In this document: positions 29,036 through 38,596 of the stretch, piece after piece
Numbering within the stretch: the stretch's first letter is position 1
Layout: each line of letters starts with the position of its first letter
DNA from: Stenotrophomonas sp.
GTDB taxonomy: Bacteria > Pseudomonadota > Gammaproteobacteria > Xanthomonadales > Xanthomonadaceae
Direction of reading: 5' to 3'
DNA: 64,000 nt
Assembly (NCBI RefSeq): GCF_032061965.1
Contig: NZ_DAMBEF010000016.1
Span: 1,003 to 65,002 of the forward strand
Position numbers and translations under genes: made by a program
The notes under the pieces: generated by a model
Databases searched by the model: none
What the model was told of the DNA's origin: nothing
The model's input: only the letters and a program-made list of their open reading frames with translations

Positions 29036-29115
29036 GTTGGGGTTGCGTGCCTGGCGGTTCCCCAGCCAACCGACCGAAGTTCCCTGGATGCTGAAGGATG
29101 CAATTGCAGGTTCTG

Positions 29116-29154
29116 CCCCTCTCCCCTTGCGGGAGAGGGGTTGGGGAGAGGGGG
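29116..29154. repeat. REP unit, CCCCTCTCCC-N-GGGAGAGGGG + TTGGGGAGAGGG type
   Basis: CCCCTCTCCCCTTGCGGGAGAGGGGTTGGGGAGAGGGGG. The same family recurs at 32907, 35002, 37245, 37394 and 42970. Confidence 0.85.
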
Positions 29155-29183
29155 CACCGCCCAACAACCTCTAGAATGCGCCC

Positions 29184-29789
29184 ATGCACGCTACCCTCAC
29201 CACCCGCTCCCTGCGCGGCCGCCAATTGCTGCCGCACCTGGACGACATTGCACGCCTGCGTATCCAGGTGTTCAAGGATTGGCCCTATCTCTACCAAGGC
29301 AGCCTTGATTACGAGCGCGATTATCTTGCGGCTTACGCAAACACCCCGAATGCGGTCTGCGTAATCGCCCGCGCCGGTGACGCGGTGGTAGGGGCATCGA
29401 CAGGCTTGCCCTTGCTCGATGACGGCCCTGCTTTCCGCAAGCCGTTTGAGCTGGCAGGCATTGACCCGGCGCAGGTGTTCTACTTCGGCGAATCCGTCCT
29501 GCTGCCCGACTATCGCGGGCACGGCATCGGCCACGCTTTCTTCGATGCACGCGAAGCCCACGCGCGCGCGCTGGGGCGATTCGCGCTGACGGCATTCTGC
29601 TCGGTAGACCGAACCAGCGATGACCCCCGCATGCCTGCCGGACATCGTGACAATGCGGTGTTCTGGCACAAGCGCGGCTATCTGCGCCAGCCAGGTATGA
29701 CAATGCAGCTGAACTGGGACGAGGTGGGCCACGGCAATGTCGTGCATCCGCTGACGTTCTGGACGCGCCGTTTGGAGCCTGTCGCATGA
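29184..29789 (+). CDS. GNAT family N-acetyltransferase
   Basis: 201 aa; LLPDYRGHGIGHAFF acetyl-CoA binding loop. Confidence 0.75.
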   Translation: MHATLTTRSLRGRQLLPHLDDIARLRIQVFKDWPYLYQGSLDYERDYLAAYANTPNAVCVIARAGDAVVGASTGLPLLDDGPAFRKPFELAGIDPAQVFYFGESVLLPDYRGHGIGHAFFDAREAHARALGRFALTAFCSVDRTSDDPRMPAGHRDNAVFWHKRGYLRQPGMTMQLNWDEVGHGNVVHPLTFWTRRLEPVA

Positions 29790-30670
29790 AAATTGCCGTT
29801 GCCCGCTATCCCGTCGGTTCGCCCGCCAGTTTTGATGCGTTTGCCGCCCGCCAGGCCGAGGTGTTGGGTGAAGCGGCAGCGCAGGGCGCACGCATTGCGG
29901 TCTTGCCCGAGTACCTGTCGCTGGAATTGGCGGCCAGCTTTGGCCGTCCTGTATTCAGTGACCTTGCGGCGTCGTTGGCAGCCATCCAGCAGTACCGCCA
30001 AGCGTGGTTGGCGCTGTTCTCAAGGTTGGCGCGCGAGCTGGACATGCACGTTGTTGCCGGCAGCTTCCTGCTGGACACCGGCAATGGCCGCTACCGCAAC
30101 CGCAGCGATTGGTTCACCCCGCAAGGTACGCAGCTGTGGCAGGACAAGCTGCAGCTGACCGGTTTCGAGAAAAAGACCGGGCTGATCGATCCCGGTGATG
30201 CCTTGAAGGTATTCGAGATCGACGGAGTGCGGGTGGCGGTGGCGATCTGCTACGACAGCGAATTTCCGCTGCCGGTACGGCGCCAGTACGAGGCGGGCGC
30301 GCGCTTGCTGGTGGTGCCCAGTTGCACCGATACCGTGGCCGGTGCAACCCGGGTACGGATCGGCTGTCTTGCGCGCGCGCTGGAGAACCGCATGTTCGTT
30401 GCCCAGGCAGTCACCGCCGGGCTGGCCGAGTGGAGCCCGGCCTTGGATGTGAACACCGGCGAGGCAGCGATCTATGCGCCGATGGACGTGGGATTCCCTG
30501 CCGATGGTGTATTGGCGCAGACCCGCGAAGCGCAGCTCTGGGCCTACGCGGACCTCGATTTTGCAGCGTTTGAGGCCAGCCGCGGGCGGGCGCAGGTGGC
30601 CAATGACCGCGATTGGCCAGCCCAGCAGCAGCCGGCCTTGGCCCAGGCGGTGGTGCTGCGCGCCGATTGA
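29786..30670 (+). CDS. carbon-nitrogen hydrolase (nitrilase superfamily) protein
   Basis: The ATG overlaps the GNAT stop (ATGA). Glu-Lys-Cys-type layout with VAVAICYDSEFP containing the nucleophile Cys. Confidence 0.85.
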   Translation: MKIAVARYPVGSPASFDAFAARQAEVLGEAAAQGARIAVLPEYLSLELAASFGRPVFSDLAASLAAIQQYRQAWLALFSRLARELDMHVVAGSFLLDTGNGRYRNRSDWFTPQGTQLWQDKLQLTGFEKKTGLIDPGDALKVFEIDGVRVAVAICYDSEFPLPVRRQYEAGARLLVVPSCTDTVAGATRVRIGCLARALENRMFVAQAVTAGLAEWSPALDVNTGEAAIYAPMDVGFPADGVLAQTREAQLWAYADLDFAAFEASRGRAQVANDRDWPAQQQPALAQAVVLRAD

Positions 30671-30750
30671 ATCGTGTGCCGGTGCCGGCCAACCATGACC
30701 ATTGGCGGGCTCGGTGGCTGGGCCGGGCTGGCTAGACTCGGTGCTTTGTC

Positions 30751-32370
30751 GTGATTGGCCGAAGGCCGGGGTACGTGGTGATCAAGCGCGGTTTGCTGGC
30801 GTTGTGCATGGGCTTGGCGGTGGGCGCGACAGCGCAGGCGGCTGAGCAGGTGGATCTGGACATGGTGGGCAAGATCCGCCAGGAAGCCTTCCATCGTTCG
30901 CAGGTGATGGACACCTTCAGTCACCTGACCGAATCCATCGGCCCACGCCTGACCAATTCGCCGGCCATGGCCCAGGCCAATGCCTGGACCCGCAGCAGGT
31001 TCAACGATTGGGGCCTGGTAAACGTGCACGACGAGGCGTTCGATGATTTCGGCCGTGGCTGGGAGTTCACCTCGGCCAGCGTCGAGATGCTCGGCCAGCG
31101 CGTACAGCCCTTGCATGCGCTGCCAAAGGCGTGGACGCCAGGCACCAATGGCCCGGTGGAAGGCGAATTGATCCAGGTCGACATCAAGAAGCTGTCGGAT
31201 ATGGATCAGTACCGGGGCAAGCTGCGCGGCAAGATCCTGCTGCTGGGCGATGCGCGCGAGTACAAGCGCGGAGTCGAGTCCGACTCGCATCGGCACGATG
31301 CCACCTCGCTGGAAGGCCTGCAGCAGTTCACCATCCCCAAGAGTGCCGATGAAGATCGGGCAAAGCGGGTGAAGGAATACAACGAGCGGCAGGAGCTGGC
31401 CAAGGCAGTCAATGCATTCTTCGTCGAAGAGGGCGCACTGGCAGCGATCAGTATCAGCGGCTGGGACAACGGCATCATCCGCGTGGCCGGTGGTGGCTCG
31501 CGCAAGGCCGGTGAATCGGTGGGCATTCCTGAGCTGGCGATGATTGCCGAGCATTTCAATCCGCTGGTGCGTGCCTTGAAGGACAAGCAGAGCGTCAAGT
31601 TGCGTGTGGACGTGCAGGCGCGTTTCACCGATGACAGTAACCAGCCGGGCCACAACACGCTGGCCGAGATCCGCGGCAGCAGCAAGGCTGACGAGATCGT
31701 GATGCTGGGGGCACACATGGATTCCTGGCACACCGGCACCGGCGCGGCCGACAACGCCGCAGGCGTGGCGGTGATGATGGAGGCGATGCGCATCCTCAAG
31801 GCGGTGGGTGCCAAGCCCAAGCGCACCATCCGTGTGGCCTTGTGGAGTGGTGAGGAGCAGGGCCTGATCGGTTCGCAGGCCTATGTGGCGCAGCACTTCG
31901 CACGTTATCCGGAGCCGACCGATGCGGCGCAGAAGGCATTGCCGGCATCGCTGCGTGAGCCGACCGGGCCGTTGCAGAAGATGCGTGATTACGACAAGTT
32001 CCAGGTCTACTTCAACATGGACAATGGTTCGGGCCGGTTCCGTGGCATCTATGCACAGGAAAACATGGCGGCGATGCCGATCTTCGAGGCGTGGCTGAAG
32101 CCGTTCAACGATGTGGGTGCAACCACGGTGGTGTCGCGCAACACCGGCAGCACGGACCACATCAGTTATGACCGGGTGGGCCTGCCGGGCTTCCAGTTCG
32201 TGCAGGATCGTCTGGACTATTTCAGCAATGTGCATCACAGCCATCTGGATACCTGGGACCACGCCGAGGCGGAGGATCTGAAGCAGGCAGCGGCGATCGT
32301 GGCGTCGTTTGTCTACAACGCTGCGATGCGCGAGGAGCGTTTCCCGCGCAAGCCGTTGTTGGAGAATTGA
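30751..32370 (+). CDS. M28 family aminopeptidase, secreted
   Basis: GTG start, signal peptide LALCMGLAVGATAQA. GAHMDSWHTGTGAADNAAG metal-ligand motif and EEQGLIGS. Confidence 0.85.
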   Translation: MIGRRPGYVVIKRGLLALCMGLAVGATAQAAEQVDLDMVGKIRQEAFHRSQVMDTFSHLTESIGPRLTNSPAMAQANAWTRSRFNDWGLVNVHDEAFDDFGRGWEFTSASVEMLGQRVQPLHALPKAWTPGTNGPVEGELIQVDIKKLSDMDQYRGKLRGKILLLGDAREYKRGVESDSHRHDATSLEGLQQFTIPKSADEDRAKRVKEYNERQELAKAVNAFFVEEGALAAISISGWDNGIIRVAGGGSRKAGESVGIPELAMIAEHFNPLVRALKDKQSVKLRVDVQARFTDDSNQPGHNTLAEIRGSSKADEIVMLGAHMDSWHTGTGAADNAAGVAVMMEAMRILKAVGAKPKRTIRVALWSGEEQGLIGSQAYVAQHFARYPEPTDAAQKALPASLREPTGPLQKMRDYDKFQVYFNMDNGSGRFRGIYAQENMAAMPIFEAWLKPFNDVGATTVVSRNTGSTDHISYDRVGLPGFQFVQDRLDYFSNVHHSHLDTWDHAEAEDLKQAAAIVASFVYNAAMREERFPRKPLLEN

Positions 32371-32391
32371 GTTAGCTGGGTTTGCTTGAAG

Positions 32392-32421
32392 GAAGGGCCG
32401 CATTGCGGCCCTTCTGCTTTT
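32392..32421 (+). terminator. rho-independent terminator after the M28 peptidase gene
   Basis: GAAGGGCCGC-ATT-GCGGCCCTTC followed by TGCTTTT. Confidence 0.7.
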
Positions 32422-32447
32422 GGGGCAGAGCAAGCAATGCTCGATGT

Positions 32448-32944
32448 CTCCCTTCTCCCGCTTGCGGGGGAAGGTGCCCGAAGAGCCTGCCCCCGCGAAG
32501 GCGGGGGGCGGATGGGGGGAGCTTTGGCTCTGGCTATTGATGGCTCTCTAGTCTCTTATTCACAGCAGTTGCAACAGCAAGATCAAGAGCTTTCACTCCC
32601 CTTCGGGGAGCGAGTTACTTTGACCAGCCGTTCGGCTGTTGAAGAGCACTTCTTTGCTTGTGCAAAGAAAAGATAACCAAAAGAAAGCACACCCTGCCTC
32701 CGCGCCCACGCCGCTGCGCGGCGCGGGTCCACTGCACTGGCAGGATTTTTCGACGAGACATCCCTGTCTCGTCGAAAAACGACGCACATTCCTGTGCGTC
32801 GCCCCTGCGGGGTCCTGTCTGCCAGCTCCGTCGCTGCGGAAGGGGCCCGGTAAGTCAACGGCTGGAGCAAGGGCAACGGCCGAAGCCGAAGCCGAAGCCG
32901 AAGCTGCCCTCACCCCAACCCCTCTCCCGTGAACGGGAGAGGGG
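32448..32944. repeat. composite intergenic repeat island (several REP families, many short hairpins, (GCCGAA)4)
   Basis: TCTCCCTTCTCCCGCTTGCGGGGGAAGGTGCCCG (32448-32480); GCCCCCGC-GAAG-GCGGGGGG; hairpins at 32596-32812 including a 15-bp stem (32746-32779); (GCCGAA)n at 32878-32904; CCCTCTCCCGTGAACGGGAGAGGGG ending at 32944. Confidence 0.85.
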
Positions 32945-33069
32945 CTTAGAGCTGCAGGTCGCTGGCGCTTGCTGTGTCTTGTGGTCCGCGCGCCAAGGGC
33001 TGAAGCCGGTTCAAGGCACCGGAGCAGGGGAAGAGGTAAAATGCCCCGATTCTCACTTCTGCGCCCGTC

Positions 33070-34470
33070 ATGACCGTCCGTACCCGCTTTGCCCCCAGTC
33101 CCACCGGCTACCTGCATATTGGTGGCGCCCGCACCGCGCTGTATTGCTGGCTGGAGGCGCGCCACCGTGGCGGTGAGTTCGTGCTGCGCATTGAAGATAC
33201 CGACCGCGAGCGCTCAACCCAGGCGGCCATCGACGCCATTCTCGAGGCGATGGATTGGCTGGGCCTGGGCTATGACGAGGGCCCGATCTACCAGACCGAC
33301 CGCGTCGCCCGTTACAAGGAAGTGGCCGAGCAGCTGATCGCCGACGGCAAGGCCTACTACGCCTACGAGACCAAGGAAGAGCTGGACGCCATGCGCGAAG
33401 CCGCCATGGCCAAGCAGGAGAAGCCGCGTTACAACGGCGCCGCCCGCGAGCTCAAGCTGCCGTACAAGGACGACCCGAACCGCGTCATCCGCTTCAAGAA
33501 CCCGCTCGACGGCACCGTGCTGTTCGATGACCTGATCAAGGGCAACATCGAAATCGCCAACAGCGAGTTGGATGACATGGTCATCTTCCGTCCGGATGGC
33601 TACCCCACCTACAACTTCGCGGTGGTGGTCGACGATTGGGACATGAACATCAATGAGGTCATCCGCGGTGATGACCACATCAACAACACCCCGCGCCAGA
33701 TCAACCTGTACCAGGCCATCGGTGCGCCGGTGCCGAAGTTCGGCCACATGCCGATGATCCTGGACGAGCAGGGCGCCAAGCTGTCCAAGCGCACCGGCGC
33801 GGCCGATGTCATGCAGTACAAGGACGCCGGTTACCTGCCCGAGGCGCTGCTGAGCTACCTGGCCCGCTTGGGCTGGTCGCACGGCGACCAGGAGATATTC
33901 ACCCGCCAGGAACTGATCGACCTGTTCGACGTCACCAACTGCAACTCCAAGGCCGCGCGCCTGGACATGGCCAAGCTGGGCTGGGTCAACCAGCACTTCC
34001 TGAAGACCGAAACGCCTGAATCCATTGCGCCACACCTGGTCTACCAGTTGGAAAAGCTGGGCCTGGACCTGGCAAAGGGCCCTGCACCGGTGGACGTGGT
34101 CATCGCCCTGCGTGAGCGCGTGCAGACCCTGAAGGAAATGGCCGAGAAGGCCGTGGTCTGGTACACCCCGCTGACCGAGTACGACGAAGCCGCGGTGGCC
34201 AAGCATTTCAAGGCCGGCGCCGAGGTTCCGCTGGGCAAAGCGCGCGAGTTGCTGGCCGCAGCTGAATGGACCGCCGAAGGCGTGTCGGCGGCGCTGCACG
34301 ACGTGGCCGCGCAGTTGGAAATCGGCATGGGCAAGGTTGCCCAGCCGCTGCGCGTGGCCATCACCGGCACCCAGGTGAGCCCTGACATTTCCCATACCGT
34401 GTACCTGGCCGGCCGCGACGAGGCCTTGAAACGCATCGACGCCGCACTCATCAAGATCCCAACGGCCTGA
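33070..34470 (+). CDS. gltX: glutamate--tRNA ligase
   Basis: HIGH motif ([13 protein letters not shown]) and KMSKS-type KLSKR; 466 aa collinear with GluRS. Confidence 0.97.
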   Translation: MTVRTRFAPSPTGYLHIGGARTALYCWLEARHRGGEFVLRIEDTDRERSTQAAIDAILEAMDWLGLGYDEGPIYQTDRVARYKEVAEQLIADGKAYYAYETKEELDAMREAAMAKQEKPRYNGAARELKLPYKDDPNRVIRFKNPLDGTVLFDDLIKGNIEIANSELDDMVIFRPDGYPTYNFAVVVDDWDMNINEVIRGDDHINNTPRQINLYQAIGAPVPKFGHMPMILDEQGAKLSKRTGAADVMQYKDAGYLPEALLSYLARLGWSHGDQEIFTRQELIDLFDVTNCNSKAARLDMAKLGWVNQHFLKTETPESIAPHLVYQLEKLGLDLAKGPAPVDVVIALRERVQTLKEMAEKAVVWYTPLTEYDEAAVAKHFKAGAEVPLGKARELLAAAEWTAEGVSAALHDVAAQLEIGMGKVAQPLRVAITGTQVSPDISHTVYLAGRDEALKRIDAALIKIPTA

Positions 34471-34486
34471 TTCCGACGAGGTAGCC

Positions 34487-34972
34487 ATGACCGACGCACA
34501 CTCCTGTACCGCCCCGCACCACCACGTTGAAGACGCGGCGGATTTTGTTGCGGTGGTCGAGCGGGTGTGCCGCGAGCGCGGCCTGCGGCTGACGCCGATC
34601 CGCGCCAACGTGCTGCGCCTCATCGCCGAGGCAGGCAAGCCGGTCAAAGCCTACGAGCTGCTGGAATGGGTGCGCGAAGGCAAGGGCGTGGGCGCCGATG
34701 CCCCGCCTACCGTGTACCGCGCGCTGGATTTCCTGATGGCCAATGGCTTCGTGCACAAGCTGGCCTCGGTCAACTCGTTTGTCGCCTGCCATCACCCCAG
34801 CAGCAACCAGCACTCGGTGCCGTTCCTGATCTGCGACCGCTGCCATAGCGCGGTGGAGCTGGAGGACCGCGACATCGTCCGACAACTGGAAGCCCGTGCC
34901 AAGGAACTGGGTTTCAAGCCGCAGGCGCAGACGCTGGAAGTGCACGGCCTGTGCGCGAACTGCGCAGGCTGA
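34487..34972 (+). CDS. zur: Fur-family zinc uptake regulator
   Basis: Winged-helix LTPIRANVLRLIAEAGKPVKAYELL, CDRCHS and HGLCANC cysteine pairs, His-rich N-terminus (APHHHVED). The Zur rather than Fur assignment is from memory of Xanthomonad Zur proteins. Confidence 0.8.
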   Translation: MTDAHSCTAPHHHVEDAADFVAVVERVCRERGLRLTPIRANVLRLIAEAGKPVKAYELLEWVREGKGVGADAPPTVYRALDFLMANGFVHKLASVNSFVACHHPSSNQHSVPFLICDRCHSAVELEDRDIVRQLEARAKELGFKPQAQTLEVHGLCANCAG

Positions 34973-35001
34973 AGCTCAAAGCCCAGGCTGATGGTCAAAG
35001 T

Positions 35002-35216
35002 CCCTCTCCCGCCGGGAGAGGGGTTGGGGTGAGGGTAGCCGTTAGCCGATAGCCCTCACCGTGCCTGCTTCGGCCAGCTCAATGCGCCGTCCATTTCGGG
35101 TATCGCCGTGGCTTCGCGGCTCGGGCCGCTGCCAAGACGTTAAGTGCTAAGGGTAAAGCCCCTGCCGAGCATGGCTCGGCACTACGTTTCCTCCCTTTTG
35201 CGCCGCAAAGGGGAGG
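35002..35216. repeat. three different REP units in one intergenic region
   Basis: CCCTCTCCCGCCGGGAGAGGGGTTGGGGTGAGGG (35002-35035); SMAG-type CTGCCGAGCATGGCTCGGCACTAC (35162-35185); CCTCCCTTTTGCGCCGCAAAGGGGAGG (35190-35216). Confidence 0.85.
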
Positions 35217-35259
35217 GGTGGGGGGGTAAGCTTCACGCCCTGGGCTCCAACCAGTCTGC

Positions 35260-36960
35260 TCAAGGTGTCGGCGTTGCCTCGTAAACCACTTCGCCATCCT
35301 TGATGGTCTGCAGCACCTTGATGGTATGCAGTTGGCTGCGCTCGATGCTCAGCGGGTTGTCCGACAACAGGGCCAGATCCGCGCGCTTGCCGACTTCGAT
35401 CGAGCCCTTGCTGCTCTCTTCGCCATATTGCCGCGCCGCCCACAAGGTGATGGACTTCAGCGCAATTTCCGGCGATACGCGCTGCTCGGGGCCAAGCACA
35501 CGGCCGCTGCGGGTCACGCGGTTGACCGTGGCATCCAGCACCCGCATCGAATCCGGGAACACCACCGGCGCGTCGTGGTGCGAGGTGAATACCATGCCGG
35601 CATCCAGTACCCATTGCGTCGGCGAAATGTTTTCGGCGCGTTCCGGCCCCAACACCGAGTCGCGGTGCCAGTCGCCCCAGTAATAGGTGTGCATCGGGAA
35701 CAGCGACGGGAAAATGCCCAGGCGGCGCAGTTCGCCGACCTGATCCTTGCGTAGCGTCTGGCCGTGGATCAGTACTGGCACGAGATGCTTGTCCGGGTAC
35801 TTCGCTTCAGCGACGGACACGGCATGGATCAGCTGGTCGATGGCGGCATCGCCATTGGCATGCGCCAGCACCTGCCAGCCATGGCCCCAAGCCTGGCTGA
35901 TGAGATCGTCGACCTTGGCGTCGGGGAAGGCGGGGTAGCCGGCATAGTCCGGCTTCTCGCCTGCGGGAACCTTGTAGTAGGGCTTGCTCAGCCACGCGGT
36001 CTTGCCCTGTGGTGAACCATCCAGGCTGATCTTCACCCCGCCGATGCGGTAGTGATCGGTGTAGTTCAGGCCATAGAACGGGCCCTGCATGGCCGGGTTG
36101 TGCAGCGCCACTTCGATATCGGGATAGGCCACCACGTCGATCTTCAGCTTGCCGGCCTTCGCCGCCATGGGCAGCAGCTGCAAGGTGCCGGCATCGGTCT
36201 TGCCATCCTGCGCGGTGGTGTAACCGTACTTCATGTACAAGGCCTGCCCGGCCTCGAGCATGGCCAGCGATTGCTCAGCGGTCATGGCTGGCATCAGCTT
36301 GGCCAAGGCCAGGCTGTGTGCGCTTTCTTCAAGCACGCCATCGGGAACGTTGCCGCCGGCTTCGCGGCGAATCACGCCACCCGGCGGGTTGGGCGTGTCG
36401 GCGGTGATGCCGGCCAACTCCAGAGCCTTGCTGTTGTAGGCGCCGAGATGGCCGGATTGGTGCATCAGGATGATGGGGACATCGGTAGCAATCGCATCCA
36501 GATCTTGGCGGGTTGGATGCCGCTGTTCGGTCAGCTGCGAATCGTCGTAGCCGAAGCCGATCAGCACCTTGTAGCCCTCGGGTGTGGTGGGGTGTGCGCG
36601 GAACTCGCGCATGATCTTCTGCAGCGCCGGAATCGAGTTGCCTTCGCCATCGGGGGCGGGCAACAGGTTGGCGGCTAGTGCCTGCAGGCCGACGCCCGAG
36701 ACGTGGCCGTGGGCATCCAGAAAGCCCGGCACCAGCGTGTGTCCTTGCAGGTCGATCTGCCGCGCGTTCGGGCTGAAGTCGCGTGCCGCGCTGCGGCTGC
36801 CGACAAAGGCGATGCGGCCATCACGGACCACGATTGCTTCGGCGCTGGGCTGCTTGTCGTCGACGGTGACGATGGGGCCACCGGCGTACAGCGTGTCGGC
36901 GGCATTGGCGGTGGTGGCCGTGAGCGCGGCCAGGACGGCGGCGGTCAGAATCGATTTCAT
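35260..36960 (-). CDS. amidohydrolase family protein (YtcJ-like metal-dependent hydrolase), secreted
   Basis: Signal peptide MKSILTAAVLAALTATTANA. FLDAHGH metal motif and HANGD. 566 aa. Confidence 0.85.
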   Translation of the reverse strand: MKSILTAAVLAALTATTANAADTLYAGGPIVTVDDKQPSAEAIVVRDGRIAFVGSRSAARDFSPNARQIDLQGHTLVPGFLDAHGHVSGVGLQALAANLLPAPDGEGNSIPALQKIMREFRAHPTTPEGYKVLIGFGYDDSQLTEQRHPTRQDLDAIATDVPIILMHQSGHLGAYNSKALELAGITADTPNPPGGVIRREAGGNVPDGVLEESAHSLALAKLMPAMTAEQSLAMLEAGQALYMKYGYTTAQDGKTDAGTLQLLPMAAKAGKLKIDVVAYPDIEVALHNPAMQGPFYGLNYTDHYRIGGVKISLDGSPQGKTAWLSKPYYKVPAGEKPDYAGYPAFPDAKVDDLISQAWGHGWQVLAHANGDAAIDQLIHAVSVAEAKYPDKHLVPVLIHGQTLRKDQVGELRRLGIFPSLFPMHTYYWGDWHRDSVLGPERAENISPTQWVLDAGMVFTSHHDAPVVFPDSMRVLDATVNRVTRSGRVLGPEQRVSPEIALKSITLWAARQYGEESSKGSIEVGKRADLALLSDNPLSIERSQLHTIKVLQTIKDGEVVYEATPTP

Positions 36961-37142
36961 CGCGGGTTCTCCTGGCTGGGAACTGGGTACAGCCTAGCGC
37001 GTTAGTCCTTGCCGTTGTGTTGAAGGACGGCGTGGTCCGTTTTGAATCGGGGGTTGGCTGGGATGCGGTTGTTTCTGGGCCGTACTTGTGCCGCGTGGCG
37101 GGCTTTTACTGCGATGGATGTGCGGGTGGTTCGAGGGCTTCA

Positions 37143-37478
37143 CCGGGAAAGCCTCTGCCGAGCACGGCTCGGCACTACAGTTTTCACCCGATCCCTTTTG
37201 CGTAGCAAAGGGGAGGGTTGGGGAGGGGTAGTTTTTGTCTTTAGCCCCTCTCCCGCATACGGGAGAGGGGTTGGGGTGAGGGCAGCTTTTGCTGGGAAAG
37301 CCTCTGCCGAGCATGGCTCGGCACTACAGTTTTCACCCCCTCCCTTTTGCGTAGCAAAGGGGAGGGTTGGGGAGGGGTAGTTTTTGTCTTTAGCCCCTCT
37401 CCCGCATACGGGAGAGGGGTTGGGGTGAGGGCAGCTTTTGCTGGGAAAGCCTCTGCCGAGCATGGCTCGGCACTACCG
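37143..37478. repeat. 149-bp composite tandem repeat, about 2.25 copies
   Basis: GGGAAAGCCTCTGCCGAGCAYGGCTCGGCACTAC starts at 37145, 37294 and 37443. Each unit holds a SMAG-type, a CCCTTTTGCGTAGCAAAGGGG-type and a CCCCTCTCCCGCATACGGGAGAGGGG-type palindrome. The two full copies differ at only a few positions. Confidence 0.95.
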
Positions 37479-37486
37479 CCTAGCGC

Positions 37487-38596
37487 TTATCGCTGCTGCG
37501 CGGGTGTTGCTGCCGTATCTACTTCAACCACCACCGACATGCCGGGGCGCAGGCGCGCGGCGAGCGGCTGGTCGGGATCGATGGCGATGCGGATCGGCAG
37601 TCGTTGCACCACCTTGGTGAAGTTGCCGCTGGCGTTGTCGGGCTTGAGCACCGAGAACTCCGAACCGGTGGCCGGGGCGATCTGCTCGATGTGGCCGGTC
37701 AGCTTCTTGCCCTGGAACGCATCCACGCTGAAAGTTGCCGGTTGGCCGATGGCCATGTTCCAGGTCTGGCCTTCCTTGTAGTTGGCAACGACCCATAGCG
37801 TGTCCGGCACCAGGAACAGCAACTGGCTGCCGGCGGTCACGTATTGGCCCAGGCGCACGCTGGCTTCCGATACCTGGCCATCGCGCGGGGCTTTGATCAC
37901 GGTGTTGTCCAGGTCAATCCTGGCCAGCTCCAGCGCCGCTTCGGCCATGGCGACCTTGGCTTCCAGGCCCTTGCGCGCGACCTGGGTGGAGGTGAGGGTC
38001 TCCTCGGCGATATGGATGGCGGCCTGCGATTGCGCCACACCTGCCGTTGCCGCCTGCGCCGACGAGCGCAGCTTGTCGCGGTCGCTGTTGGACACCAGCT
38101 GCTGCGAAGCCAGGGTTTCGTAGCGCCGCAGTTCGGTGCGGCTGCGCTGCTGCTCGGCCTGTTCGGCGGCGTAGTTGGCGCGTGCCGAGCTGATCTGCGC
38201 GCGGTTCTGCGCCTGGCTCTGGTCGGAGTTGGCCAACTGTGCGCGGGCGTCTTCCAGCGACGCCTGGGCCTGATCCACCTTCTGCCGGTAGATGCGGTCG
38301 TCGATGCGCAGCAGCGGCTGGTCTTTCTTCACGTGGTCGAAGTCACTGACCAGTACTTCGGTGACATAGCCGTTTACCTGCGGCGCCAGCACCGTCACCT
38401 GGCCACGCACATAGGCATCGTCGGTGTGCATGCGCGGGCTGTTGAATGGCCACAGCTGCCAGGCACGCAGGATCAGGGTCAGCCCGACCAGGGCGACGGC
38501 GATCATCACCACCACGCTGGTGCGGCTGGGCCGGTTGTACTTGGATACCGGGGGCGGTGCCGGTGTGGATGCAGCGGTTTCGGTCTTGTTGCTCAT
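37487..38596 (-). CDS. HlyD/EmrA-type membrane fusion protein
   Basis: N-terminal TM anchor, long coiled-coil (QASLEDARAQLANSDQSQAQ...), beta-barrel C-terminus. The start overlaps the upstream MFS stop by 4 bp. Confidence 0.85.
   Translation of the reverse strand: MSNKTETAASTPAPPPVSKYNRPSRTSVVVMIAVALVGLTLILRAWQLWPFNSPRMHTDDAYVRGQVTVLAPQVNGYVTEVLVSDFDHVKKDQPLLRIDDRIYRQKVDQAQASLEDARAQLANSDQSQAQNRAQISSARANYAAEQAEQQRSRTELRRYETLASQQLVSNSDRDKLRSSAQAATAGVAQSQAAIHIAEETLTSTQVARKGLEAKVAMAEAALELARIDLDNTVIKAPRDGQVSEASVRLGQYVTAGSQLLFLVPDTLWVVANYKEGQTWNMAIGQPATFSVDAFQGKKLTGHIEQIAPATGSEFSVLKPDNASGNFTKVVQRLPIRIAIDPDQPLAARLRPGMSVVVEVDTAATPAQQR

Noticed and set aside
36994-37463. Near-identical ORFs 36994..37314 and 37140..37463, plus 37042..37380 and 37347..37781.
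   Set aside because: They are identical only because they translate the 149-bp tandem REP super-repeat. The same applies to ORFs over 32386-33176, 35079-35297 and 62178-62600.
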